A stretch of 64,000 nucleotides of DNA from Selaginella moellendorffii. Lineage: Eukaryota; Plantae; Lycopodiophyta. The notes beneath the pieces were generated by a model. That model saw only the letters and a list, made by a program, of their open reading frames with translations, did not search any database and was not told the DNA's origin. Location: assembly GCF_000143415.4 (NCBI RefSeq), contig NW_003314292.1:443178-507177 (forward strand), in the 5' to 3' direction. The position numbers were made by a program, and so were the translations under genes. This document shows positions 23,576 to 36,558 of the stretch, piece after piece. Position 1 is the stretch's first letter. Every line of letters begins with the position of its first letter.

Positions 23576-25980
23576 ATGCTAGCTCGCAAGAAAATTCCAT
23601 GGGCGATCACTATTCTCTTGCTGGGATCATTGGGATCTCTTTTTGTCCTTCCTACCGCAGGCTTTGGCTCCATGAGCACCATAGCTTCCATCTCGGCCCG
23701 CCCTCCATCCGTCCAGCCAGGTTCTTTCTCTGTGTGCGTTCTAGAATCGAAACTCTTGACACCAACTTGTATGGGCACGGACATAGCAGAAGTGGAGCTG
23801 AAAGACAAGAAGCTCTTCGCCATCTCTGGTGGAGACAACTTTGCTTGCGGCCTAGAGTATGGCTCTCGCTTTCCAGTTTGCTGGGGCGATCTCCAACTCC
23901 CAGCTCGTCTGCTAAACGTGAGCTACACGAGCATAAGCTGCGGTTCCAGCCACTGCTGCGCGATCCGGAGCAGCGACAGTAGAGCCGACTGCTGGGGAAA
24001 CAACGGCAGCCCTCCAGGGGAGAACTTCTTGTCGGTGTCATCGGGAAAGAATTTCTCTTGTGGTCTCACCCAAGATGGCGCACTGCACTGCTGGGGCGGA
24101 GTTCCAGAGAGCATTCAAGAGGCAAAGAACGAGAGATTCGCTTCAGTGTTCGTGGGAGGACGATCGGTTTGTGGGCTTGCGAGCTCCACAATGGATGCTC
24201 TTTGCTGGGACGAAGACCATCATGGGCGATCTTCTCTCGTCCCTCCTGGCTTGAAGTTCTCGTTTCTCGCTGGAGGCCTCTCGCATACGTGTGGGATTCG
24301 AGCGGACAATCACCAGGTGATGTGCTGGGGGGATGATCACTTGCGGCAGCTCCAGGTTCCAAAGTCCGCCACCTTTTCCTCCATCTCGGCTGGGAACTTC
24401 CACACTTGCGGGGTGACGCGGGACGATCCCGCAAAGCTGCTGTGTTGGGGAAACAACGTGGCCGAGTTTGAGATCGTCAACTTAAATGCAAGCCAGGCCT
24501 TGTGCATGGGCGAGTGCGGCAAGAACCAGTTCCAGATGAACAAGACCTCGTCGCAGTGCCCGTCTCTGTCCGACAAGGTGTGCTTGGATTGTTCCATCTG
24601 CGTCGGGGGCAACGTCGAGACTTCTCCGTGCGGTGTGAACTCCGATCGACAGTGTGGCAGCGTCAAGATTGGCAGTGGCCGCGACGCCAAGAGGCAGGGT
24701 GGCAAGAGTGTCTTCGTCGTGGTCTTGTATGTCTCGGCGACGCTCTCGCTTGCTCTCATCTTCATGGGAGCTGTGTGGAGCTACCTCTGCCGGATCAGGA
24801 GAAGGAAGGGCAAGCTACGGGTCTTGTCCACCAGGAACAACGAGCATTTTGGCAATGGAGTTGTTTCTATCTCCGCGGAAGAACTCAAGTTGGCGACAAA
24901 GAACTACAGCGAGGAGATGATCCTGGGGAGAGGTGCTTTCGGAACGGTGTACAAGGGAGTGCTTGAGAATGGCTACCAAGTCGCGATCAAGCGAGGCAAG
25001 GCTTGCGAGAGGTAAGTACTTGAATCCTCGAGCTTATATAGCGAAAGCTTGCTCTAACTGGAAACTTATACAGGTGTGATGCGATGTTTGACAAGGAGCT
25101 GGAACTTCTCGCTAGAACTCACCACTCTTGCCTGGTAAACTTGTTTGGATACTGCAAAGAAGAGAATGTCCTCGTCTTCGAGTTCATGTCTCGAGGAACT
25201 GTCCATGACAACATATTCCAATCGCCAACTTCTAGTTCCGGCCCTCTGGAATGGGTGAGCCGGATAAGAATTGCGGCACAGGCTGCCCGGGGCCTCGAGT
25301 ATCTCCACAAGTATGCATCGCCCAGCATCATCCACAGGGACATAAAGTCGGCCAATATTCTCATCGACTTTGACTGGAACGCACACATCTCCGACTTTGG
25401 GATCTCGCTTTGCGGGCCTCAGGACAATGCAACGCACCTGAGCAACATGACAATAGTTGGAACTCCCGGCTACTTGGATCCCGAGTATGGGACCTCTTCG
25501 CAGCTCACGATCAAGAGCGACGTCTATAGCTTTGGAGTGGTTCTTCTCGAGTTGCTATCCGGTCGTAAGCCGGTTGATCTATCGAGACAGATCCAGAACC
25601 TGGTGGCTTGGGTGATCGATCTGGTGGGACGTGACGAGTGGAGCTCGGTGTTGGATCCAAGGTTGGCAGTGCCTTTGCAACCCGAGCCACTGTTCCGGGT
25701 GCTAAAGCTGGCGCTCGAGTGTACAAGGCTCAAAGGCAAGCAGAGGCCATCCATGACTCAAGTCGCCAAAACTCTAGAGGAAGTATTGGAAGCGATTGCT
25801 TCTTCTCCTCCTCCTGGTGGTGGTGATACTTCTCCTCTTTCTTCCACTGTCGATGCCAAAAGCCTTAAGGAGATTTTTGAAGCGATGGTTGTCAATCCTG
25901 GCTCTGGTACTGTGACTTTCTTTCCCCCTTTTTTTGGAGAATTGACATTGATTTCTGCAGTTTCTGTGAAAATTGGCTAA
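23576..25980 (+). CDS. CRINKLY4-like (CR4/CCR) receptor-like Ser/Thr kinase, intact (intron 25012-25073)
   Basis: Signal peptide, GFGSMSTIA, crinkly repeats, TNFR-like Cys region, TM, then GRGAFG, VAIK, HRDIKSAN, DFG, GTPGYLDPEY and SDVYSFG. Confidence 0.93.
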
Positions 25981-27779
25981 GTTTCTTGTGTCCATCTCAC
26001 AAACCAAACAAGCCCGTTCCTTTGAGAAACTTTTCAGATCCATCAACAGTGTCACTACAGGTTTGTATTTCCTTTTGGCTGTTCTCTAATATTTAAGAAC
26101 TTTCTTTGTCCCAGGCAATTGCTACTGGATGACCTGGGTTTCTTCCACTGGAGATCCTTTCATGAAGACGCTGCCTCACATACGTCTGTAGTGGGTACTT
26201 CCTGCACCGTCAGAAACTAGCAGATGCTGCCATCCAGGAGTCACAAGAGATGGCGAACTCACGTCGAAAAGGATGGTGGCATGACTTTCGAAGCTGGACT
26301 TCCTCCTTTGGGTTGGACTTGGATTCCTTGCGCACAGAGCTATTTGGAGACCTTGAATATTGGACGTGGCAAGCTCTCCAGGCATGGTGCTGAGTTAATA
26401 TGGTAGATAACGTCCTCTACAACAGCTACATTACCACAGTCAACTTTGACTTCCCAGGATCGCAATAGAAGGCTATCAAATGGGACAGCATCTACTTATG
26501 GAGGAGTTAGGACGTAGCACCAAGCAAAAAATCTCATGGCCCCACCGTGGTCCGACATATAAACACCTATCCCCTGGGGTGTCATCCTTGGTGGTACAAG
26601 ATGGATGCGTGAACTCTTACAGGGCAAAGCCCTCATGATAGACATACCCAAAGGGTAAAAGTGAGTCATAGAGCAAAACCCCAGGAGGAGTGGTGGCCTC
26701 AGGCACACTAGAAGTGGAGATAGCAAAAGACATTAGCTGCCAAGTGGCAAAGACAATCATATTTAAATCCTTTGGTCTCATCAGAAGACCATATATATGA
26801 ATATTATAAAAAAATTGGAATATTTACTGCAAAATGCAGAGATAAGCACGACAGCCCGCAATCATTTGCAAGTTGGTACATCAGCACCACTCTTTGTTTG
26901 TAGGCTTAAGCTGTGAAAGGGCCAAAACATTTTTTTTCAAGGACGCCTTTGCAAATCACACATGTATCTCCTTTGCTCACGCTGGCTTGGATTTAAACTC
27001 CCTTTCAGGTCTAGCAAGGATGCCAATATGCAAAACACAAGAGATCTTGATCAAAGTCACTCTCTTTTCATGGACAAGGAAATATCGCAGCTCAGGAAAT
27101 ATCCCTGCTGGTTAGCTCGGACCTTCGGCAGGCCTTCCATATGCAGGATTTAGCTTCAAAGATTTCTCGATAGATTTCTTGTTGTGCTCTCGAAATATAT
27201 GTCGGGGTTTTAGGGCTTTACGGCTTTTCTCTGCCTTGCACAGCCACGAGGTTTTCCCAAGTTCCTACACTTTCTAAACTTACTGCACAACTTGGTCGTT
27301 CTTTAGAGGGCTTTGTTCGTGTTAATGCTCATGGAGTTTTGGATGGATCACCACTTTGCAGGGACGCTAGAGACACTGGTATGTTTGCTAGATTTGTGTG
27401 TAGGCTATTCAATAATTGATTGATGCAGACTCATCTTTCCTCCACAGATGCCATTGCAAATACATCATCCATAGGAAGGAAAGGTACTGAAGCGATAGGG
27501 TCAGGTAAGTATGAATTTTCAATCACTAAGGCTAGAAGAGATTTCATTGTTTTGCTTTATGTTTTGTAATTGGGTTGGGAGTTTCTTAATCTTATATGCT
27601 GTGTTCCCAGTGTCATTGATTCTTTGGTTCTATCCTTCTTGGGCAGTGCCGACAAGAGTGGAGCAAGCATACAGGAAGCATTATGAGGTGATCAAGGAAT
27701 TTTTATGTACTGTAAATGACACCCACTTTGTGACTGCCCACATTCTAGTAGTGAAATGTATTAATCCTTGTAAAGAATA

Positions 27780-28036
27780 AATATTACTTTAAAATAATAA
27801 TTTAATTTTACTTTTTCATATGTGAAGGTCATAATTTTAAAAACCCCAAGTATAACAACAATTTTTATAATTTTTTTTTCTTCCTCATGTTTATTTCGGA
27901 AATTTGAAGTCTTTATCTAAACCAAAAATAAAATATTTTTAGAAAAAAAATTTAATGAATTTTAAATTCATTCATCTCAAATTGAAACAAATACTACTAT
28001 GTGGCAATTAAGCTTTTCTAATTGAAAAATATAATT
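27780..28036. repeat. AT-rich degenerate repeat (left part of the array split by the Gypsy element)
   Basis: Motifs AAAATAATAATTTAATTTTAC, GAAGG.CAT, CCCAAGTATAA, TTGAAGTCTTTATCT and GAAACAAAT...ATTAAGCT recur at ~35570-35890 and partly at ~36050. Confidence 0.7.
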
Positions 28037-28213
28037 TGTGAGTGCTTGGAATATGGAAAGGGAATATAAAAAATATGCATATCCATTAGCCCAAAAAACC
28101 TTAACTTATATCTAAAAGCAAGTGATCCGGATTGAAACCAATCTGACAGTTACCAAAATCTCACTACACTAATATTAGTATATAGCATTGTAGCCGTACA
28201 CTTGGCCCTCACA
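28037..28213 (-). repeat. 3' LTR of the Gypsy element
   Basis: TGTGAGTGCTTGGAATATGG...CTTGGCCCTCACA, a direct repeat of 34452-34616. Confidence 0.93.
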
Positions 28214-29354
28214 TCATCCCTTCTTTTCGGAATAATGGAAGACCATCAAGGTTCTCTTGTAGATGAGCCAGGATCTAGAGGAACGTTAGGAGGAGACATT
28301 GGTAGATCTATAAGTGGTATTAACTACTCCTAATCCCTTTGTATAAAGCGTTTTAATGTAAGCAATTAATTTTTCCATTCTCCTTTAATCACTTAACTGC
28401 ATTTCCGACCATTTGGAGGAGTCTCATTCACAACCTCCATAAGGCCCATTCATGACTTGGGGCTTGCTAGCCCCGAGAATGGCGTCCATGCCACTCAACC
28501 TTTGCACTTGGTCCAAGTGCACCACGTGTCCGATCCCATGACCAACACCCCAAGGTACCACTGACATATGAGCCCGTTACGCTAGGCCACGCTCATTCAC
28601 CTTGGTCACATCGGTGGTCTAACACCACCTGCATTGCAATCCCGTCTCTCCAAGACTGGGTCATTCACCCATGAGTGGTCATCCCAGATCCACTCCTTAG
28701 CATCCTTAGGATGCCCATAGACATAGGGAATAGCCTTCCCCAATGTCTCCATTCCGGTCTCCACCAAGTTCCTTTCTGTCCTTGGCCATGTTTGCTAACA
28801 CTGCCATTGGATCATGGCCCACGGGCCTGACCACTATGTCGCAATGTCCTCTAGGACTTCCTCACTATGTGACTGTGTCCTTGGTCACCACACTAGAGGG
28901 CTATTCTTTTTCCTTTCCACAAACGGGGATTTTGGGACAACATTTCGGAACACCGTGGCCCTATGCGGGCCTCATGGGTACTCTCCCCGCCTTCCGCTTT
29001 TAGGTGCTCTAGCCATGGGCTTAGAGCGAGGTTCTATTGAGCCACGCTAGGTATCCAAGTAGGTAGTGCCACCCACACTTGGATTGGGAGCATCGGCCAG
29101 TCGATCTCCCGGGGGAACTAGAGCCGGCTCTTGAACACTTCACTAAGCTACCCCGCTTGTCGGTCTGTATTCACTCTAGTCTTGGACTTCCCAGTGGGCA
29201 GCTCATCACCCAACATTGGGTACAGCCTTCCTGGGCCAAACTAACCTTTTCTGGCCAAACTAGCTCCACTGCAGTCCTCCCCCTACTATACTTTTGGAGC
29301 TCACCAAACCCCCCAGGGTCTGGGAGACGAACGCTTTGGGCTTTCACCCTCTTA

Positions 29355-29812
29355 GACTCGAACTCGGACTCGGACTCGGACTCGGACTCGGGCTCGAGCT
29401 TAGTCTCGGCCTTGGCCTCGGTCTCGGTCTCGGTCCTGATCTCAGTCTCGGTCTCGGTCTCGGTCTTGGTCTCGGTCCCGGTCTCGGCCTTGACCTTGGA
29501 CTCCATCTCGGGTCCATCTCGGACTCCATCTCGGACTTCATCTCGGATCCCTCTTGGACTCCATCTTGGACTCCGTCTCGGTCCATCTCGGACTCCATCT
29601 CGGACTTCGTCTCGGTCCATCTCGGGCTCCATCTCAGACTCCATTTCGGACTCCAACTAAGGTTCATCTTGGACTCGAACTCGGGTCCATCTCAGACTCC
29701 ATCTCGGGTCCATCTCGGACTCCAACTCGGGTCCATCTCGAACTCCATCTCGGGTCCATCTCGGACACCATCTCGGACTCCACCTCGGACTCCAACTCGG
29801 GTCCATCTTGGA
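29355..29812. repeat. Hexamer-based tandem array (CTCGGA/CTCGGT/CTCCAT) inside the retroelement
   Basis: Directly visible; no stops in several frames. Confidence 0.9.
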
Positions 29813-32800
29813 CACTTCCACGTGTCATGTGTTGGTCCTTTTGGGTCCCTCTTTTGGAGCCTCGCTTATTTCTCGCTTCGTGCTCGTTCCTCGAGCACTT
29901 TGTTGGGAGTTCCACTGTTGCTCTCAACTTTTCAAGTCGGAGCTTTTGGTCCAAATGTGTTACGCTTATTTAGCTTTCGCTTCGGCCACTACCATGTGGC
30001 ACCTTTCCGGCTCCACTTTGGGGCCTAGGGATTTTGTGTCTCATATTCAATTGCTGCACATGCACAATCTTTAGAGAATTGGCTTGCTAGACGTTATGCC
30101 AAGCCTCATAAACTTGTGGTCCAACTTGCCGCAACACCCAATACAGTCATTTCCATTGCACAAGGAGCCCTTTAGATGAACCACGTACCATAAAATGGGG
30201 AAAAAGGACTAACACTAAATCATCCACTTTATACTCTGCAGGTGGACTATAATGGGAGTTGTAATGCCGTTGTTGTCCCACTTGTATACAGCCTAAGTGC
30301 TCAGCAGACTCTACTCGGACAAGTGGAAGAATGTTGGTTAAATACTGATCCCATGACCTAGCATCGGCAGCTCGTGGCAATCGCAAAAGTAAACTGTTGG
30401 TAATATTGGATCATGACCATATAAAAGTTTATATAGTGAAGCACCAACAAAACTCTGCACCCCTGTGACATATGCATACCGAAGAGACAGCAAATAACCA
30501 TCCTAATCCAAATGCTGAAAGTTCACATACTTCGCAATCATCCCTTTGAATGTTTGGATGAGGTGTTCCACCAGACTGTCTAATTGTGGATAATAAGCAC
30601 TCGTGAAAGTGTGGCGTATCCCCAACTGAGACGTCAAAACATGAAATGCCTCAGCCATAAATGCGGGACTATTATCTGAAAGAATCCCCTCTGAACAAAA
30701 ATGCTGGAACACCACTCGATTGAGAAGGAAGTATCCAATAGCAGTTGCAAAGGCGCTAGCAAGAGCACCAACCTCCACCCAATGAGTCAAGTAGTTAGAA
30801 ACAATAATAATATAGTCATTGCCAGCAGTCGACTGTCCCATAAGATCAAATGCCACCAACTCAAACAGACGGGAAATTACAATTGACTTTAACTGTCCTT
30901 TCGTAACACGAGGGGGAGTATTACGAGCTTGGCACTAAACGTAGCTATGCATGTACCAAATAATATCACGTCACATTTTCAGCCAATAGAAAGACCTGTG
31001 CAACTTCTCCGTTACACGACAATGTCCCATATGCCCACCTAGAACAGAAGAATCATGGTAGGCATGGAGAAACCGCGGAATAAAAACAAAAGGCACCACT
31101 AGCCATAAATGATCATCAAAATCCATCCCCATAAAATAAAGAACGCCATCTTCAAGGTGATATTGAAAATTTAAATGCCGAAAAGGCAAGTCATTAGCAA
31201 GTGATGCAGGATTCTCAAACCCATCTCGAAGCCTTCAAATCCACAGCTCAATTATTTGAGCCTTGCGAACCTCATCAAGAGAATGTAAATCTTGCTCTGT
31301 GCCTTGTGAGCATTGAATGTCAAGTACAGCAATCGCCGACGGCACAAAATCCTCATTTAGAAAATCCACAAATGCTGGAACAACAAGTTCATCAAAAACA
31401 TGAGAAGAGAGTGGAGAAAGAAGAGGAGCTTGAGAAAGGGCATCAGCATTAGCTATAGAACTCCTTGGGTGATGAACAACATCAAAATCATATATCTAAA
31501 GTTTCAAAGCCCATCAAGTAGTATAACCAACTAGGTTCTTTCGCTTTAATAATGAAGTAACAACAACATGGTCACCTTCAAGTAACGTCCGAGAACCATA
31601 TAGATATGCATGAAGTTTCTCGAAACCCCAGACTACTACTAAACACTCCTTTTTTGTTGTGGAGTAGTTCATCTCTGTTGGTTGTAATATATGGCTTATA
31701 TACGCAATGGGATGGCGCTAATCAGGCACACTCAAACTCTCTTGCATCAACACACTTCCAAAACCAATGTCAAAAGCATCCATACGCAAAATAAAAGGTC
31801 GAGTGTAGTTAGGATATGCCAAAACCAAAGGAGTTGTCAATAACCCTTTGAGATCCACAAATGCCTACTCACAATTTGAAGACCAGATGAAAGATGACAT
31901 TGATGACTTCAGCAACGCTTGCAATGGTGCAGTGCGATAAAAAAGATGATCCACAAAACGACCGAGATACTGCACCTTGCCGACAAGAATTATGGTACCC
32001 AAGATAAATTGTGTCCTTGGACCCAAACATGCACTTCGACCGCTTCAGCTTTAAACCAACGTTGCGTAGCTAATTCAACACTTTACAAACATCACGAACG
32101 TGCTCCTCCCACATCCCCTCCGAGTGGATCAAGACATCATCAATGAAGTCAGTAGTCACCTCTGGCATATCACAAAGAACCTCGTCCATCATCTGCTGGA
32201 AAGTTGTTGGAGCATTGTTCAAACCAAACAGCATCACCAAGAACTCGTACAAATTAAATAGTGTATGAAAAGCAGTTTTAGGAATATCTTCTTTAACCAT
32301 TGGTACTTGCTAGTACCTAGAAGCAAGATTTAGCTTGGTGAACCAACGACTTCGCCCTAGACAATCCAAGAGATCGGCAGTGTGAGGAAGAGGGTACACA
32401 TCTGGGATCGTCATTTCGTTTAACGGACGATAGTCGATGCAGAAACGAATACTCCCATTAGGCTTCGTCACAAGATGAGGTTCACATGCCCAAGGACTTC
32501 GTGACTTCTAAATAACACCCTTCTCCAACATCTCTTTGACATTTACACGTAAAATCTTGATCTCCTTGGGTAACCGATGACAAACAGGAACCTTGATTAG
32601 ACGAGCATTCCCGGTTGGAATCGGATGACGTGTGGCAATCTTGGCTCTGGACGATAGGTCAAATTCAAAGAGATCAGAATACTCCTTCATGAGCTGGTTA
32701 ACCGCTGCAACACAAAGATCGTTGGAGGGATCGGAGAAAGGAAGAATAGAACAAGACAAAAACATAGGAAGAAATAATGGGGGAACAAAAGTAATAGAAG

Positions 32801-34451
32801 CAAAGGTAGAAGTAGAGGGACGAAGAGGTATGGAAGTGAGAGGAATGGATGAAACATAAGGAAGTATGAAACAAGAGGGAGAAGCCTCAAAGTCACACTT
32901 AGCATTATTGCACTGCAACCAATCTATACCAAGAATGAGGTCAAAAGTTTGACTTGGCACCACCTGCAATGACTGTAACTCAAGCTCGAAATTGCCCACA
33001 TGTATAACTAGGTCCGCCTCATCCCGTGCACATGCATGTGTACGGCTGTTGCCATAAAAAATGAAAACGGGTTCCACCGCACGACACAAGTGTAGATGGC
33101 AACATATGGCAATAGGTTGAGCAATAGAAGATAAACTTGAACTTATATCAACCAACACGGAGAGAATAATAGGAGACCTCTTCTTATAAAAGTGAGTTTG
33201 GAAAGTAAACACTGGATGAACTGGTGCCGAGTGAACCCCTTGATGATACTCCTAAAAGAAAGATAGAGGGGTCATTGACTTATTCGCACAAGGTCCCTCC
33301 GTTACTTGCGCGACTCTTCGTTTCGCAGATGCATCTCGGTGTCCAAACCTTCCACTGCAGCAGCACCAATAGGACGTTGCTGACACCAAGGTCTCCACCC
33401 AGAAAATGGAGGTCACCAATTTGGAAAACACCGACAATGCTAATAAGTATGACCAATTTCACCACACGCCCAGTGAACATCACGGCCACGACCACGTCCT
33501 CGCCCTTGTCCTTGGACTCGAGCAATAGCAGCATCAACTTCCATTGGAACAGGACCATCACCCATAGGAAGTGAAGCTGAAAGACGTGTAACGAGAAGTG
33601 GAAAAGGCGACGTTTCATAATGTTGTGCCAAGTGAAGAGTATCATCAAGGGTGGTGGGAGCAAGTGCATGCACAAGACCGACAAGATCCTGACAAAGTGC
33701 TAGCCACAACATTCATAGCTTAATTCGCTCTGCTCTGCATGAAGCAAAAGACTTCGAAAACAAACGCTAAATTGCATCATCGACTCAAATGGCCCTTGGC
33801 GAAGACGATGCAATTGTTGAAAAGCATCATCACAGTCGTCGGTATGTTCGAAAGTGCGTTTGAAGACGTCTGGGAGAACATTCCAATCCCCACGAGTGGC
33901 TGCGCTCAAACCATTGTACCACTGCAATGCTATCCCTTGAAGACACATGGGAAACTCATGCAAACGTCGAGCATCATCCCAAAAATAATATGTGGCAATC
34001 ACTATGAAGTGATCGAACCAATGGTATACATCATCCCCAGGATTCCCACAAAAGAACTTTAGCTGAATACAAGGATTGGCACCAAAAGTAGGAGGAGTTG
34101 TACCACGTGCCATGAATGCTACCATCAACTGAGTTTAGTTGTTCAATTACAAGTGCATAGCATCAAGCAATTGTACCAACTGTTTCTCTAGAGTCAAAGG
34201 AGGAGATTGTTAATCTGCCATAAAGACGAACGAAAAAAGAGCAAAAGAAAAAAAATGATAAAAAGTTAGAAGGACATGGTAGATCTAGATAATGTAAAAA
34301 GCTAGATCTAAACCAAAATCCTAAAAGGAAAGAACAAAAGAAAGGAAATGGAAAAAGCTAGATTTAAATGATGCAAAAATTAGATCTAAACCAAAATCCC
34401 AAATCCAAACACTCCTCAGGGACAATCAAAGGTGCCCCTCACCTCCACTAG

Positions 34452-34616
34452 TGTGAATGCTTGGAATATGGAAAGGGAATATAGAAAATGTGCATATCCA
34501 TTAGCCCAAAAAACCCTAGATTGTATACAGGAGCGAAGGGTCTGGATTGAAACCAATCCAACGGTTTTATGCTAATATTAGCATACGGCATAATAGCCGT
34601 ACACTTGGCCCTCACA
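34452..34616 (-). repeat. 5' LTR of the Gypsy element
   Basis: TGTGAATGCTTGGAATATGG...CTTGGCCCTCACA, adjacent to the PBS. Confidence 0.93.
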
Positions 34617-36170
34617 AATTTACTTATTAAATTCTTTAAAGAAACAATTTCAATAAATATTCATAACGATCAAAGAATAAGTGAATTCAAATTTTTGAAG
34701 GAAAAATGTATTTAGTAAAACTCTTCAGTTATTAGTGAAATGCATTTTAGATAACACGTTATAGTTTAAAATTATCATCTAAATTCAAGCAGATAACAAA
34801 TATAAATTATATGATGTATAATCTGCTATTTTATTCGAGTTGTAAGGAAGAGGTCGTTTGTGAATTCCTTTTAAAGTAATGCAAAAATAAACTTAAAAAA
34901 CTTCAAGATTCTAAATTTCAAGAAATTCAAAAGGATGTAAAATTTACATAGTATAATAATATGTTATATAAAACTTCAAATAAATTTGTTATGTAATTTT
35001 TGGTAATAAAAATCTATATCAGTTCCTATAAAGAGTAAATATTAATTTAAAAAATAACAATTTGGTTTACTTTTTTATAAAAGAAAGCAAAAATTCTAAA
35101 GATCTCAAGTAACTACATTTTTATGAACTTTTCATTAGCATATTGATGCCTTTGCTATATATAATTCTTTGAACTATTGTTAAATTTTATGACGAAGTTA
35201 TTTTAATCATTTGATTGCATGATTAGTAAAGCGTTTCTTCAACACTGGTGACTTAGATAATTTTTTAATTCTATAAAATAATTAAATTATATTTTTTCTT
35301 TATTATCAATGAAAAAAGCTAGTAGCCTTGCTTTCAATTTTTAATTCCATTTAAGAGGTATAGATTGAAAACATGTTAAAAAACTTTTAGATATAATTTT
35401 TCCTATTTAAAATTAAAAATGAGTTTTTTTTCTTTTTTAAGATAAAGACTTCAAGTTTTATGCAAAACATGTAAAAAAAAAGAAGGTAAAAATAGAGAAA
35501 AAAAATTATAAAAATTGCAATATTTATTGTGATTAGTAAATAAATGAATTTAAAGGTTTTTATAAATAGTAAATATTAATTTAAAATAATAATTTAATTT
35601 TACCTTCTTTTATATGAAGGCCATGACTATAAAGAGCCCAAGTATAATTATAATTTTCATGATTTTCTTTCTATTCCCTATATTTACTTCTTTATTCTTC
35701 TCTACTTCTTCCAGATGAATTTGAAGTCTTTATCTGAAAAAAGAAAAAAATCTCTTTTATTTGTTTTAAATAGAAAAACTATACCTAGAAAAAAAGTCAA
35801 CATATCTTTTCTCAAGTTGGATCCAAAATCGAAACAAATGTTATTATATAATGATTAAGCTCTTTTAACAAAAAAAAACACAATTTACTTGTTTTATAAA
35901 TAAAAAGGCTACTTTTACAATAAACTATTTCTTGAATTGATTGCTAAGTTTTATGAAAAAACCATCTTAGTCAATTTTCATTGCGATCAGAAAAGAAATG
36001 AATGTAAAAGTTCTTGTAAGAAATAAGTATGAAATCTAGAAGTTGAAAGACCCCAAATATAACCACAAATTTCATGATTTTTTTCTTCTTCTCTATAATT
36101 ACCTCCTTTTTCTTTTCTACTTCTTTTATACAAAACTTTATCTGAAAAAAGATAAAAAAAACTCTTTCTT
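34617..36170. repeat. AT-rich degenerate repeat array, right part
   Basis: Very low GC, no ORFs, and shares motifs with 27780-28036. Confidence 0.6.
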
Positions 36171-36558
36171 TTTCTATGGAACTCTAAGCTACTTAGATCT
36201 CAATTCCTGAGTATTGCTGGAGATGCTTTTCCTCTTTCTTCCACAAGAGACTTTGAAGTGATGGTTGTTTGTTAATACTGCAATTTTCTTTCTTTGTTCC
36301 ATTTACTTCATTGTTTTCATTCATTTCTCAGTATTTGGTTCTGCATCTCATAAAATAACACAGGTTTGTATTTTCTTTTGGTCTTTAGGAACTCAATCTA
36401 ATCTTAATTTTATGATTGATAATTCAATCAATTATTACTGAGACATGTGGGATGACAACGTCCTCCAAGTCTGGAACGAGATCTTCCACTATGCATGGAG
36501 CATTGCCTCCCAGCTCCATAACCACCTGTAAGAGGACATGTTTTTATTGTATGTTCAG

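Larger units (their letters stand above)
28037..34616 (-). mobile_element. Full-length but decayed Ty3/Gypsy LTR retrotransposon
   Basis: TG...CA LTRs at 28037-28213 and 34452-34616; AATT TSD; PBS-like TAGTGGAGGTGAGGGG next to the 5' LTR; PPT GAAAAGAAGGGATGA. Domain order gag (33700-34128), Zn knuckle, PR, RT (KTAF...FGL.NAP.TFQ..MD, FIDDVL), RH, INT (GGHMG, SDN...F, YYPQ) is Gypsy order. Many stops and frameshifts. Confidence 0.95.

Noticed and set aside
26000-27780. Possible extra exons or a gene downstream of the intact CR4-like kinase
   Set aside because: Splice-like signals exist but I could not build a coherent open frame or identify a product.
29079-30028. 193-244 aa plus-strand ORFs (SDSD/GLGL)
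   Set aside because: Products of a stop-free hexamer repeat, antisense to the retroelement.
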